A program made the translations under genes and the position numbers. From Candidatus Aenigmatarchaeota archaeon (GTDB lineage Archaea; Aenigmatarchaeota; Aenigmatarchaeia; Aenigmatarchaeales; Aenigmatarchaeaceae): a DNA stretch of 64,000 nt. The notes beneath the pieces are model-generated. The model saw only the letters and a program-made list of their open reading frames with translations, ran no database searches and was not told the origin of the DNA. The DNA is taken from positions 88,926 to 152,925 of the forward strand of contig JBDRJK010000019.1 in assembly GCA_043814985.1 (NCBI GenBank), read 5' to 3'. Positions 8,804 through 17,587 of the stretch are shown here, in pieces (the first letter of the stretch is position 1; each line of letters begins with the position of its first letter).

Positions 8804-10375
8804 ATGTTCGGTTTTCTAAAAAAGAAGTTGAAAGAAGGAATAGATAAAATTTCTAAGAAAGTAAAGAAAAGGGAAGAGGAGATAATAGAGGAAGCTGTTG
8901 AGGAAATAAAAAAAGAGGAACAGATAGAAGAACCTAAAGAGGAATTGGTAAAGGAAGTCGAGGAAGAATTGGAGGAAGTTGTAGAAGAAGAGCCAGAAGT
9001 TGTTGAAGAACCTAAAGTTGAGGAAATCAAACCTGAAATTGAAGAAGTAGTTGAAGAAATCAAAGAAGAGATACCTGAAGTTATTGAAGAACCTGAGATT
9101 GAGAAAGAAACAATAGAAGAGGAAACCACTGTTGAGCCTGAGGTTAAAGAACCCACTGTTCTTGAAGAAGTTAAAGAAGAATTAAAGAAAGAGGAAATCA
9201 AACCGGAGATAGAGGAAGCCAAACCTGAAGTCAAAATAAAGGAAAAGCCTAAAAAGGAGAAGGGTTTTCTTGAGAAATTTAAGGAAAAGGTATCACATGT
9301 TGTTAAAGAAGAACCAGTTGAGCCTGAAATAAAGGAAGAACCCGAAAAGGAAATCAAGCCGGAAGTGAAGGAAGAGATTAAGCCTGAAATCAAAATAAAG
9401 AAAAAACCTAAAAAGAAAGTAAAGGAAATTCCAAAGGAAAAGCATGTCATTGAAAAACCGACGGAAGTAAAGCCTGTTGAAGAACTGAAAGAGGAAAAGA
9501 AGGCAGGCATTCTCAAGAGAATAAGGAGAAAGGTTACTGAGAAGAAGATAAGCGAGGAAGATGTAAAGGAAATGCTTGAGGACTTCAGGAAGGGTTTGAT
9601 TGAGTCTGATGTTGCTGTTGATGTTTCTGAAAAAATTGTAAATGATTTGAAGGGAAATCTTGTGGGCAAGTTCCTAAAGAGAAGCGAAGTCGAAAAAATT
9701 ATCAAGGAATCTTTCAGGAAATCTATTTTAGAGGTTTTGGATGTTGATGGCATTGACCTGATAGAAAAAGTGAAATCCAAAAAGCCGTTTATAATTATTT
9801 TCCTTGGTTTCAATGGTTCTGGCAAGACAACAACCATTGCAAGGATAGGTCACTTGTTAAAACAGAAGGGTTTCACTTGTGTCCTTGCTGCTGCGGACTC
9901 TTGGAGGGCAGCTGCCATTGAGCAACTGGAGGTTCATGGCAAGAATCTCGGCCTCACTGTTATCAAGCACAAGTACGGTGCAGACCCGGCTGCTGTTATT
10001 TTTGATGCAGTCAAGCACGCAAAGGCCAAGGACATTGATGTTGTCCTTGCTGACACTGCTGGCAGGAGCCATGCCAATACCAATCTTGTTGACGAGTTGA
10101 AGAAAATAGTAAGAGTGAATAAGCCTGACATGAAGGTTCTTGTTCTGGACGCATTGACAGGAAACGACATCTACGACCAGTGCAAAATTTTCAATGATGC
10201 TGTTGGTGTTGATGCCTTGGTTATAACAAAGGCAGACGTTTACGAGAAAGGCGGTGCAGCACTTTCAGCTTCCCACACCATAAACAAGCCAATATTATAT
10301 CTCGGAGTGGGTCAGAACTACGAGGACCTGGAGAAGTTTGACCCGGAAAAGATTGTAGAGAAACTTTTAGAGTAA
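8804..10375 (+). CDS. ftsY: SRP receptor FtsY with long acidic/Pro-rich N-terminal region
   Basis: MFGFLKKKLK start after GAGGTGA SD; GFNGSGKTTT, DTAGR, TKAD. Confidence 0.95.
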   Translation: MFGFLKKKLKEGIDKISKKVKKREEEIIEEAVEEIKKEEQIEEPKEELVKEVEEELEEVVEEEPEVVEEPKVEEIKPEIEEVVEEIKEEIPEVIEEPEIEKETIEEETTVEPEVKEPTVLEEVKEELKKEEIKPEIEEAKPEVKIKEKPKKEKGFLEKFKEKVSHVVKEEPVEPEIKEEPEKEIKPEVKEEIKPEIKIKKKPKKKVKEIPKEKHVIEKPTEVKPVEELKEEKKAGILKRIRRKVTEKKISEEDVKEMLEDFRKGLIESDVAVDVSEKIVNDLKGNLVGKFLKRSEVEKIIKESFRKSILEVLDVDGIDLIEKVKSKKPFIIIFLGFNGSGKTTTIARIGHLLKQKGFTCVLAAADSWRAAAIEQLEVHGKNLGLTVIKHKYGADPAAVIFDAVKHAKAKDIDVVLADTAGRSHANTNLVDELKKIVRVNKPDMKVLVLDALTGNDIYDQCKIFNDAVGVDALVITKADVYEKGGAALSASHTINKPILYLGVGQNYEDLEKFDPEKIVEKLLE

Positions 10376-10852
10376 TTATCTTGGTATTATAATTCCACTC
10401 AAATCCTCATAATTTCCTTCTAGATAGGCTTTTGCGGTTAAAGCGCACAGTAAAGCATCATACTCGTCCTTGTTCTTTCTAGGTTCCTTGCTTAATCCAA
10501 GAACCTTTTCTGATGCTTTAGAGAATACTTCTATCACCCTGTATTTTCTTTCAATCAGAATCTTGACAAGCTTGATTGCCCTTATCACAAGTATCCTCAT
10601 TGTTGGAAATAGAGGCGAAACAGGTTGGAATCCCCGCTTCATTAGTTTTTCGTCAGCAGGCCTCCATGCTCCGGATTTGGGCATCCAGAAGGGAGCATCT
10701 ATTGCTATGCAATCTGGCTTGATTAAGTCAATCTCATTGATGATATCAAGATCGCTGTAGAGTAATTTCGTCTCTGAGCCCTTCTCTGTTAATAGACAAA
10801 AACCAGTAGGGTTTTTAGACATTCCTGCAAGGTCTAGACCCACTACTTTCAT
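10376..10852 (-). CDS. DUF429-like predicted nuclease (RNase H-like fold)
   Basis: VVGLDLAG...PTG, IAIDAP, IEVF, DALLCALTA. Confidence 0.75.
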   Translation of the reverse strand: MKVVGLDLAGMSKNPTGFCLLTEKGSETKLLYSDLDIINEIDLIKPDCIAIDAPFWMPKSGAWRPADEKLMKRGFQPVSPLFPTMRILVIRAIKLVKILIERKYRVIEVFSKASEKVLGLSKEPRKNKDEYDALLCALTAKAYLEGNYEDLSGIIIPR

Positions 10853-10890
10853 ATTAATATTTAAGAACATCAAAAATTAAACTGTTAGGT

Positions 10891-12213
10891 ATGCTTGAAA
10901 AACTAAGCCAAGGATTAAAGAACGCCATAGACAGGATAACCAAGTCAGGATATGTAAACAAGGAGCTTGTCGATGATTTGGCCAAAGACATCAATAAGAC
11001 TCTCTTGGCAGGAGACGTCAATGTAAAACTTGCGGATTCTTTGACTAAAAGGATAAAAGACAGATCATTGAACGAGAAGCCACCAAAAGGTTTGACAGCA
11101 AAGGAGCACTTGGTAAAGATTGTTTATGATGAGCTGGTTAAATTCGTTGGTGATAAGCCGGAAATAATGATGAAGCCTGGCAAGATAATGTTTGTCGGTC
11201 TTTTCGCTGCTGGAAAAACAACATCAATAGGAAAGCTTGCCAACTTCTACAGGAAAAAAGGACTTAGACCAGCATTGATTGGTTGTGACATCCACAGGCC
11301 AGCTGCTATGGACCAGTTGTCACAGTTGGCTGAACAAAACCATGTTCCTGTTTATGCTCCCAAGGATGTGAAGGACCCTGTTGAGATTGCAAAAACAGGC
11401 CTTCAGAAATTCAAGAAATATGATATCATAATTATTGATGCTTCAGGTAGAAGCTCTTTGGATAATGAGTTGGCTGATGAGTTGAAGAAGCTGGGAGATT
11501 TTATAAAGCCTGACGAAGTCCTGTTGACAATACCAGCAGACTTGGGACAGGCAGCAGGGGAGCAGGCTGAAGGTTTCAAGAAACTGGTTGGAATAACAGG
11601 AATATTCCTTACAAAAATGGATGGAACAGCAAGAGGCGGCGGAGCTTTGACATCTTGTGCAATAACAGGGGCTCCGATAAAATTTATTGGAATAGGGGAG
11701 AAGCTGGATGCAATGGAAATTTTCGATCCTGAGAGGTTTGTCTCAAGGTTGATTGGTTTCGGTGACATGCAGGGCTTGTTGGAAAAGGCAAAGGAAGCAG
11801 AGTTCAAACCAGAAACAGCTGAAAAAATAATATCTGGCAAGTTCAGCATGGACGAGTTCTTTGAGCAGTTGCAGTCAATGCAGAAAATGGGTTCAATGAA
11901 ATCTGTTCTTGGCTCTATTCCAGGAATGGCTTCAATGAAGATGCCAAAGGACATGGATGTTAATAAACAGGAGCAGAAAATGAAGAAGTGGGGCTTTATG
12001 ATTCAGTCAATGTCAAAAAAAGAAAGGGCAGACCCGACAACAATTAATCCCTCTAGAGTGAAAAGAATCGCCAAGGGTTCTGGGACACAAGAATCCGAGG
12101 TCAGGGAATTATTGAAAACCTACCAGCAGATGAAGAAGATGATGAAGATGTTTTCAAGCAAGAGAGGAGTTATGGGAAAAATGATGAAGAGATTCAAAGG
12201 CTTCAAATTATGA
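10891..12213 (+). CDS. srp54: Signal recognition particle protein Srp54
   Basis: GKTT, DASGR, TKMDGTARGGGALT; Met-rich M domain; SRVKRIAKGSG. Confidence 0.96.
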   Translation: MLEKLSQGLKNAIDRITKSGYVNKELVDDLAKDINKTLLAGDVNVKLADSLTKRIKDRSLNEKPPKGLTAKEHLVKIVYDELVKFVGDKPEIMMKPGKIMFVGLFAAGKTTSIGKLANFYRKKGLRPALIGCDIHRPAAMDQLSQLAEQNHVPVYAPKDVKDPVEIAKTGLQKFKKYDIIIIDASGRSSLDNELADELKKLGDFIKPDEVLLTIPADLGQAAGEQAEGFKKLVGITGIFLTKMDGTARGGGALTSCAITGAPIKFIGIGEKLDAMEIFDPERFVSRLIGFGDMQGLLEKAKEAEFKPETAEKIISGKFSMDEFFEQLQSMQKMGSMKSVLGSIPGMASMKMPKDMDVNKQEQKMKKWGFMIQSMSKKERADPTTINPSRVKRIAKGSGTQESEVRELLKTYQQMKKMMKMFSSKRGVMGKMMKRFKGFKL

Positions 12214-12791
12214 GGACCTTCATTCTTTACTCAAGAAAAGCCAGAACAGACAACAAATTCAGCATAGATGACCTGTTAGATTCTGGTGGGAGGATGGATG
12301 TTGTCTGCAGTTGTATAACTTCTGCTTTGTGGTTATCACACAAGTCACGGGATGACACCAACTTTATTCTGGTTATGAACGGTCCGCCAAACCCTCCAGT
12401 ATCAATCTGGTTTGACGGCTCAAAGTTATTGAAGGTCTATGTTGACGAGAAGACCAATGCGATGTGGATAAAGAAGCTCCTGTCATTCAAGTTCGATAAG
12501 GAATGGAAGGAAATCAGCGGGACCAAGATTTCCAGAAAAAGTTTTCAGGAAGTATTAAAGGAATTAAATGGAAAGGTTTATGTCTTGCATGAGAAGGGGA
12601 CTCCCATCAAGGATGTGGAAATAGAGGAGAACCCCATCTTCGTGTGCGGTGACAACATCGGCATACCCCATGCTGAGGAGAAGTTTTTGATTAACAGAGG
12701 AGCGGAAAAAGTTTCGTTGGGCAAGAAGGTTTATCTTGCTACATCATGCATATCAACTTTAAACTGGATATGCGACCAAAGAGGTATTTGA
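12210..12791 (+). CDS. trmY: tRNA pseudouridine(54)-N1 methyltransferase
   Basis: GRMDVVC..LWLSH..R, LHEKG, GDNIG, VSLG..YLA SPOUT motifs; lies between srp54 and pus10. Confidence 0.88.
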   Translation: MRTFILYSRKARTDNKFSIDDLLDSGGRMDVVCSCITSALWLSHKSRDDTNFILVMNGPPNPPVSIWFDGSKLLKVYVDEKTNAMWIKKLLSFKFDKEWKEISGTKISRKSFQEVLKELNGKVYVLHEKGTPIKDVEIEENPIFVCGDNIGIPHAEEKFLINRGAEKVSLGKKVYLATSCISTLNWICDQRGI

Positions 12792-14018
12792 ATGATTGAA
12801 AACATTTCAAAGGTTTTAGAAAAAAATCTATGTGACCATTGTCTGGGAAGATTGTATTCTAGATTGTTGACAGGCATGACAAACGAGGAAAGGGGAAAGG
12901 CCATCAGGAAATTTGCAGCCATGATGATTGATGCCAAAGTAATTGACAATCCCGATATAGACTTTAATAACTTCCACGGTTTCAAATTCCGGAACAATGA
13001 GAGAGAAATAAAAAAGGGAAAGTGTTCTTTATGTTCCAACCTTTTTGACAAGCTTGACAGCTTTGCTGAAAAGGCTTATAAGAAAACAAATAGGCTTGAG
13101 TTTGAAAGCTTTCTTGTTGGTTCAAAAATCAGTGATGATATTTTCAAGAAAGAGGAAAAGCTGTGGGAAGTAACTGGGATAGAGCTTGTCGAGTCAATTA
13201 AGTCCGAGATAAATAGGGAATTGGGAAAAAAGATATGGGATTTGAACAAGAAGCCTGTCAATTTCAAGAAGCCTGACATACTCATAGTTGCGAATTTTGT
13301 GAATAACAAAATCGAAATAAAGATAAACTCGCTCTATGTTCTAGGCTATTACAATAAATTGAAAAGAGGCATTCCTCAATCCAAGTGGGGGACTCCCGGC
13401 AAGTACAAGACATCTGTTCAGGAGATAATTGCCAAGCCTTTCATGAAAGCCACAAAGGGAAAGAGCAATTCATTTCATGGTTCTGGAAGAGAGGATATTG
13501 ATGCTACATGTCTTGGTTGGAGACCTTTTGTTTTTGAAGTTATAGAACCTCTAAAGAGAAAAATAAATCTTAAGGAAATCGAGAAGCAGATAAACAAGAG
13601 CAAGAAGGTCAAGGTCAAAATTATTAAATTCTGTGATAAGGATACAGTCATAAAAGTCAAGGAAGGGAGAGGTGACAAGACCTACAGAGCCCTTGTCAAA
13701 CTGTCAAAACCAGTGGGGAAGAAAGAATTGGGAAAGCTCAAAGAGCTGAAAGTGTCAATATCACAGAGAACTCCTATCAGAGTTTCACACAGAAGAGCTG
13801 ATTTGATAAGAAGGAGAAAAGTAAAGGAAATAAGCTACAAGCAAATCAACAGCAAGACCTTGGAAATCAAGGTAAAGGGCGCTGCTGGTCTGTATATCAA
13901 GGAGCTGGTCACTGGAGACAAGGGAAGGACCAAGCCTTCTGTTGCTGAGAAGCTCGGCTGCGAGGCGGTTGTGAAGGAGCTCGATGTCATTAAAATCGAG
14001 AGACCAAAAAACTTATAA
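12792..14018 (+). CDS. pus10: tRNA pseudouridine(54/55) synthase Pus10
   Basis: CDHCLGR, THUMP region, HGSGREDID, QRTPIRV.HRR, GLYIKELVTGD.GRT.PS. Confidence 0.95.
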   Translation: MIENISKVLEKNLCDHCLGRLYSRLLTGMTNEERGKAIRKFAAMMIDAKVIDNPDIDFNNFHGFKFRNNEREIKKGKCSLCSNLFDKLDSFAEKAYKKTNRLEFESFLVGSKISDDIFKKEEKLWEVTGIELVESIKSEINRELGKKIWDLNKKPVNFKKPDILIVANFVNNKIEIKINSLYVLGYYNKLKRGIPQSKWGTPGKYKTSVQEIIAKPFMKATKGKSNSFHGSGREDIDATCLGWRPFVFEVIEPLKRKINLKEIEKQINKSKKVKVKIIKFCDKDTVIKVKEGRGDKTYRALVKLSKPVGKKELGKLKELKVSISQRTPIRVSHRRADLIRRRKVKEISYKQINSKTLEIKVKGAAGLYIKELVTGDKGRTKPSVAEKLGCEAVVKELDVIKIERPKNL

Positions 14019-14041
14019 AATTTCGGTTCCTATTGATTCAA

Positions 14042-14611
14042 ATGGAAGACGACCTGTTTCTGAAAAGCAAAATAGACAAGCTGAAGGGCAAAGAGCCTGT
14101 CGTGAGGATCCGAGCCAAAGAAACCAAGGAAGAGTACAAGAGGCCTTCCTGGGACGAGTACTTCATGAGCATAGCCAAATTGGTCGGGACCAGAGGCACA
14201 TGTGACAGGGGAAGAAGCGGGGCAATAATAGTAAAGGACAAGAGGATTATTACCACTGGCTACGCAGGCTCTCCAATGGGACTGCCCCACTGCGATGAAG
14301 TCGGCCATTTGATGAGCGATGTCATGAATCCTGATGGTTCAGTGTCAAAACATTGCGTGAGGACTGTTCACGGTGAGCAGAATGCCATTGTCCAGGCTGC
14401 TCTACACGGGGTTTCCACCAAGGGAGCTACTATCTATACCAAGTTTGAGCCCTGCTTCATTTGCGCCAAGATGATAATAAATGCGGGAATAAAGAGGGTT
14501 GTCTGCCAGAGGAAGTACCACGCGGCAGAATTCACCAGGAAGTTCTTCAAGGAAGCCGGCGTTGGACTGATTGTCCTGAGTGACGAAGTTGAGGAATACC
14601 CTAACCAGTGA
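14042..14611 (+). CDS. dCMP deaminase family protein
   Basis: RPSWDEYFM, HGEQNA, PCFIC zinc motifs. Confidence 0.9.
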   Translation: MEDDLFLKSKIDKLKGKEPVVRIRAKETKEEYKRPSWDEYFMSIAKLVGTRGTCDRGRSGAIIVKDKRIITTGYAGSPMGLPHCDEVGHLMSDVMNPDGSVSKHCVRTVHGEQNAIVQAALHGVSTKGATIYTKFEPCFICAKMIINAGIKRVVCQRKYHAAEFTRKFFKEAGVGLIVLSDEVEEYPNQ

Positions 14612-15176
14612 TTTTTGATAAGACTTCTTCTACCTTTTTTTGTAAATCCCCTAGAGTTCCAGTGTTTTTTATTGTAAAATCAGCCATTGCTACTGGCCCT
14701 GCTTTATGAAGGTTCCCTATCTCAGAATAGTCCCTGCTTTGTGCCTGTTCTTGTGTGAATGGCCTGTGTCTCATTTCTTTATCATTCTTTGGATCGTATT
14801 TTCTAATTTCTAATCTCTTGTAGCGTGTTTCTGGCGAAGCATAAACAGCTATACAGATAAATGATTCACCGTACCTTTTCTTTAATTCCAGATACTCTTC
14901 CCAGCTGTACAAGCCATCAGCAATAACATCACCCTTTTCCAGTAATTTGTCGATTTTCGGTATGTTCAAAATTGCATATGCGGCCATGCCATGCTCCTTT
15001 CTTATTTTCTCCCTTATTGGCCTTTCATTCTCTTCTGTTGGCTCAAGACCTCTTTCTTTCACAATATCCAGTGTTATCTGCCCAAAACGTATGAATTGAA
15101 AGCCTTTCTTTACAAGCATGTCAGCTACTGTGCTCTTTCCAGAACCTGTCATTCCTACTAGTGCGATTACCTTCAT
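14601..15176 (-). CDS. P-loop kinase (dephospho-CoA kinase/NMP kinase-like)
   Basis: GMTGSGKS Walker A, DGLY, RYKRL, RD..E, ADFTIKN. Confidence 0.8.
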   Translation of the reverse strand: MKVIALVGMTGSGKSTVADMLVKKGFQFIRFGQITLDIVKERGLEPTEENERPIREKIRKEHGMAAYAILNIPKIDKLLEKGDVIADGLYSWEEYLELKKRYGESFICIAVYASPETRYKRLEIRKYDPKNDKEMRHRPFTQEQAQSRDYSEIGNLHKAGPVAMADFTIKNTGTLGDLQKKVEEVLSKITG

Positions 15177-15238
15177 CTAACCACTTAATATATAAACTTT
15201 TAATTAATAACTATTATAAATATTTTAGGTTGGTTTTA

Positions 15239-15517
15239 ATGGTTTCAAAATCGCACGGTCCAAGAAGGGGAACAAGGAAGAGGTTTAAGAATGAGAGGAA
15301 GGCCACTGTCAACCAGTTCATGAGGAAGTTTGAGCTGGGAGACAAGATAGTGATTGACATAGAGTCCTCTTCGTCCAAAGGCATGCCTTTCAGAAGGTTC
15401 CAGGGACGTACTGGCAAGGTTGTTGGACAGAGGGGAAGGGCCTACTTGATTGAGATAAAGGACGGCAACATGGTCAAGAAGATAGCTACGAACCCGGAGC
15501 ATATTAAAACCATATAG
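15239..15517 (+). CDS. rpl21e: 50S ribosomal protein L21e
   Basis: SHGPRRGTR, KGMPFRRFQGRTG, PEHIK. Confidence 0.95.
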   Translation: MVSKSHGPRRGTRKRFKNERKATVNQFMRKFELGDKIVIDIESSSSKGMPFRRFQGRTGKVVGQRGRAYLIEIKDGNMVKKIATNPEHIKTI

Positions 15518-15554
15518 TTATTTTAATAATTTCTTGGTAACTTATTCTATATAC

Positions 15555-15640
15555 GCGGAGGTCCGATAGTCTGGTCAATTCGGTAGGCTTGAGGAGCCTA
15601 TGGGTTAGTCCCTTCGCAGGTTCAAATCCTGCCCTCCGCA
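15555..15640 (+). tRNA. tRNA-Leu(GAG)
   Basis: Acceptor GCGGAGG/CCTCCGC+A; anticodon arm TAGGC-TTGAGGA-GCCTA; long variable arm; T-arm GCAGG-TTCAAAT-CCTGC. Confidence 0.93.
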
Positions 15641-15699
15641 CAACATATTTTCTCATGAAGGGCGGCACATTAATAAGCAAAATTTCATAAATTGTTAGT

Positions 15700-16182
15700 A
15701 TGAAGAAAAGATATTTTTTGATTATTGCAGTTTTGATTTCAATTATAGTATCATTATACTTCTATATATCATATTTTTACATCGCGGAAGTACCAAATGA
15801 GTATATAGCTTGTGGTTGTGGTTGCTGTGGTGGTATGGAACCTCAAGAAGAATGTATCTACCATTCAAAAGGTGATGATATGAGGTCAATTATTATAAAC
15901 GATAGGTTAATGTCCAGAGACCCTATATGCCCTACGGTTGGGTGTAGTTTTCCTATAAAATATGTCTATTGTGACTGCACTCAAGACAATTCCGGTTCAT
16001 GTGATAGAACTTGCGAGTCTGATGATGATTGTCAATTATCATGTGGTTGTGACTGTATCTCTAAAAACGAAGTTTGTAGATTTGCAGGTACTTTTTGCGA
16101 AGAACCGGAAGAAAATCCAAGCCTTTATCAGAAATGCATATGTATCAATAACAGATGTGAACTTAAATGGGAAGAGGGTTAA
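15700..16182 (+). CDS. Membrane-anchored cysteine-rich surface protein
   Basis: N-terminal TM helix; CGCGCCG, CESDDDC..CGCDC, C.CINNRC. Confidence 0.75.
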   Translation: MKKRYFLIIAVLISIIVSLYFYISYFYIAEVPNEYIACGCGCCGGMEPQEECIYHSKGDDMRSIIINDRLMSRDPICPTVGCSFPIKYVYCDCTQDNSGSCDRTCESDDDCQLSCGCDCISKNEVCRFAGTFCEEPEENPSLYQKCICINNRCELKWEEG

Positions 16183-16207
16183 GGGAGAAACGTAGTTTCT
16201 CCTTAGG

Positions 16208-16232
16208 AGGTTCAAATCCTGCTCTCCGCACA
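16208..16232 (+). repeat. Copy 1 of tRNA-Leu 3' end (att-like direct repeat), preceded by a hairpin at 16180-16205
   Basis: AGGTTCAAATCCTGCTCTCCGCACA vs 15618-15642 AGGTTCAAATCCTGCCCTCCGCACA (24/25). Confidence 0.9.
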
Positions 16233-16281
16233 TCTCATGTTCTTCACCGCTTGATGTGAGGGCAGCAATAAGAATAAATTT

Positions 16282-17481
16282 CTAAATTTTTGTTGGAGAA
16301 GCTTCTCTCAAATAATTTTTATTGATTTTTATTCTGGTTCCATTGTGGTAGTATTTTTTCTTTGATAATCTCTCCCATCTTACCTCTTTCCCGAGTATGC
16401 TTAAAGTTCTTGCTACAACCAAACAAACAAGGGACAGCGCCGAGTCAAAAGTCAAATAAAGAGGGATGAACGGAATAAGACGCCCCTCTTTCATTTTAAA
16501 CAAACCTATGGAGATAGCTAAGAACGAGATTAGAAACGGAATAATAGAAAAAATACGCAATTGCAGGCTGCTCGCAAAAATAAAGGCTATTAAAGAAAAC
16601 AAACTTATGGTCTGTATAGCCACTGGATTGAGGGATATCACCGTTGAGGTAATTTTTTTCTTTCTAAATACGAATCTCGTGGGCATGCTGTACCATCTCA
16701 ACCTCTGTATAAAAAAGTGATAGACACTCTCGACCTCCTCTTGCCATACACTTGCACCAGTAACGGCCATCTTCCAGCCCCTGTTTTTCAGATTGCTGGC
16801 CATTTCTTCATCTTCTGCGAGCGTCTTTCCATGACCACCCACATCTTTCCACGCTTTCCTCTTGAACGAATAATTAGCGCCGCAAATGTACTGTTCAACG
16901 CCCATCCTCGCTCTTCCCCAATACGCAACATTTAACATCCACACGTCCTCTATGGCCCTCATCCTGGTCAGCAAGTTCTTGTACCAGTTACCGCAGAATA
17001 CCAATCCCAAGGATGCGCCAATCCTTTTGTCACTCATCAGAGTGCGGACGTGTTTCATCAGCCAGTCTCTTTCACATATTCCGTCAGGATCTGTGAGGGC
17101 GATGATGTCCCCCTTTGCCACATCTCTTATGGCATCGTCAAGGACCTGGCCCTTTCGGTTGTATCCCTTTTTGCTTCTATAATGTTTTATCAGCCCCAAT
17201 TTCTCGTAGTGCTTGCATATTTTCAGAGTCTTGCCAGTAGACCCGTTGTCATAAACTATTATCTCGTACTTGTCCTTTGGATAGTTCAATTTAAGGAAGT
17301 TTTCGATCTTTCTTTTTATTACATTTCCTGCCCAGTCGTCCCTGTATGCATATGTCATGACGCTGACCTTTGGCAAGACCTTTGGTTCCTTTGGCTGATA
17401 AGGTCTTTTCGCAATAAAGGCATAAAGAAGGTTGAGTAAGGATGACAGTATGAACAAAGATGATAGTATTTCTGTAAGCAT
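16282..17481 (-). CDS. Glycosyltransferase family 2 with TM helices
   Basis: DNGS, TDPD (DxD), LAED and QRLRW motifs. Confidence 0.88.
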   Translation of the reverse strand: MLTEILSSLFILSSLLNLLYAFIAKRPYQPKEPKVLPKVSVMTYAYRDDWAGNVIKRKIENFLKLNYPKDKYEIIVYDNGSTGKTLKICKHYEKLGLIKHYRSKKGYNRKGQVLDDAIRDVAKGDIIALTDPDGICERDWLMKHVRTLMSDKRIGASLGLVFCGNWYKNLLTRMRAIEDVWMLNVAYWGRARMGVEQYICGANYSFKRKAWKDVGGHGKTLAEDEEMASNLKNRGWKMAVTGASVWQEEVESVYHFFIQRLRWYSMPTRFVFRKKKITSTVISLNPVAIQTISLFSLIAFIFASSLQLRIFSIIPFLISFLAISIGLFKMKEGRLIPFIPLYLTFDSALSLVCLVVARTLSILGKEVRWERLSKKKYYHNGTRIKINKNYLREASPTKI

Positions 17482-17531
17482 ACTTTATTATTGGTGGCGT
17501 TTAAATAAGCTTTTTTATAAATTCTGATCTA

Positions 17532-17555
17532 GTTCAAATCCGGCCCTCCGCACCA
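17532..17555 (+). repeat. Copy 2 of tRNA-Leu 3' end (att-like direct repeat), ending in ACCA
   Basis: GTTCAAATCCGGCCCTCCGCAC vs 15620-15641 GTTCAAATCCTGCCCTCCGCAC (21/22). Confidence 0.85.
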
Positions 17556-17587
17556 TTCTTATTAATCAAGAATTCTAAATTGATAAT

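Noticed and set aside
8860..9500. Repetitive GAAGAA/CCTGAA DNA as a CRISPR array or tandem repeat element
   Set aside because: Imperfect codon-level repeats inside ftsY; no constant repeat-spacer period. No CRISPR array or cas gene was seen anywhere in the window
8521..9837. 438-aa minus-strand Ser/Phe-rich ORF
   Set aside because: Antisense shadow of the GAA-rich low-complexity ftsY region; no independent coding features
16206..16232. tRNA fragments as halves of split (trans-spliced) tRNAs
   Set aside because: They begin at the T-arm rather than the anticodon loop and lack complementary leader sequences; an intact tRNA-Leu lies upstream
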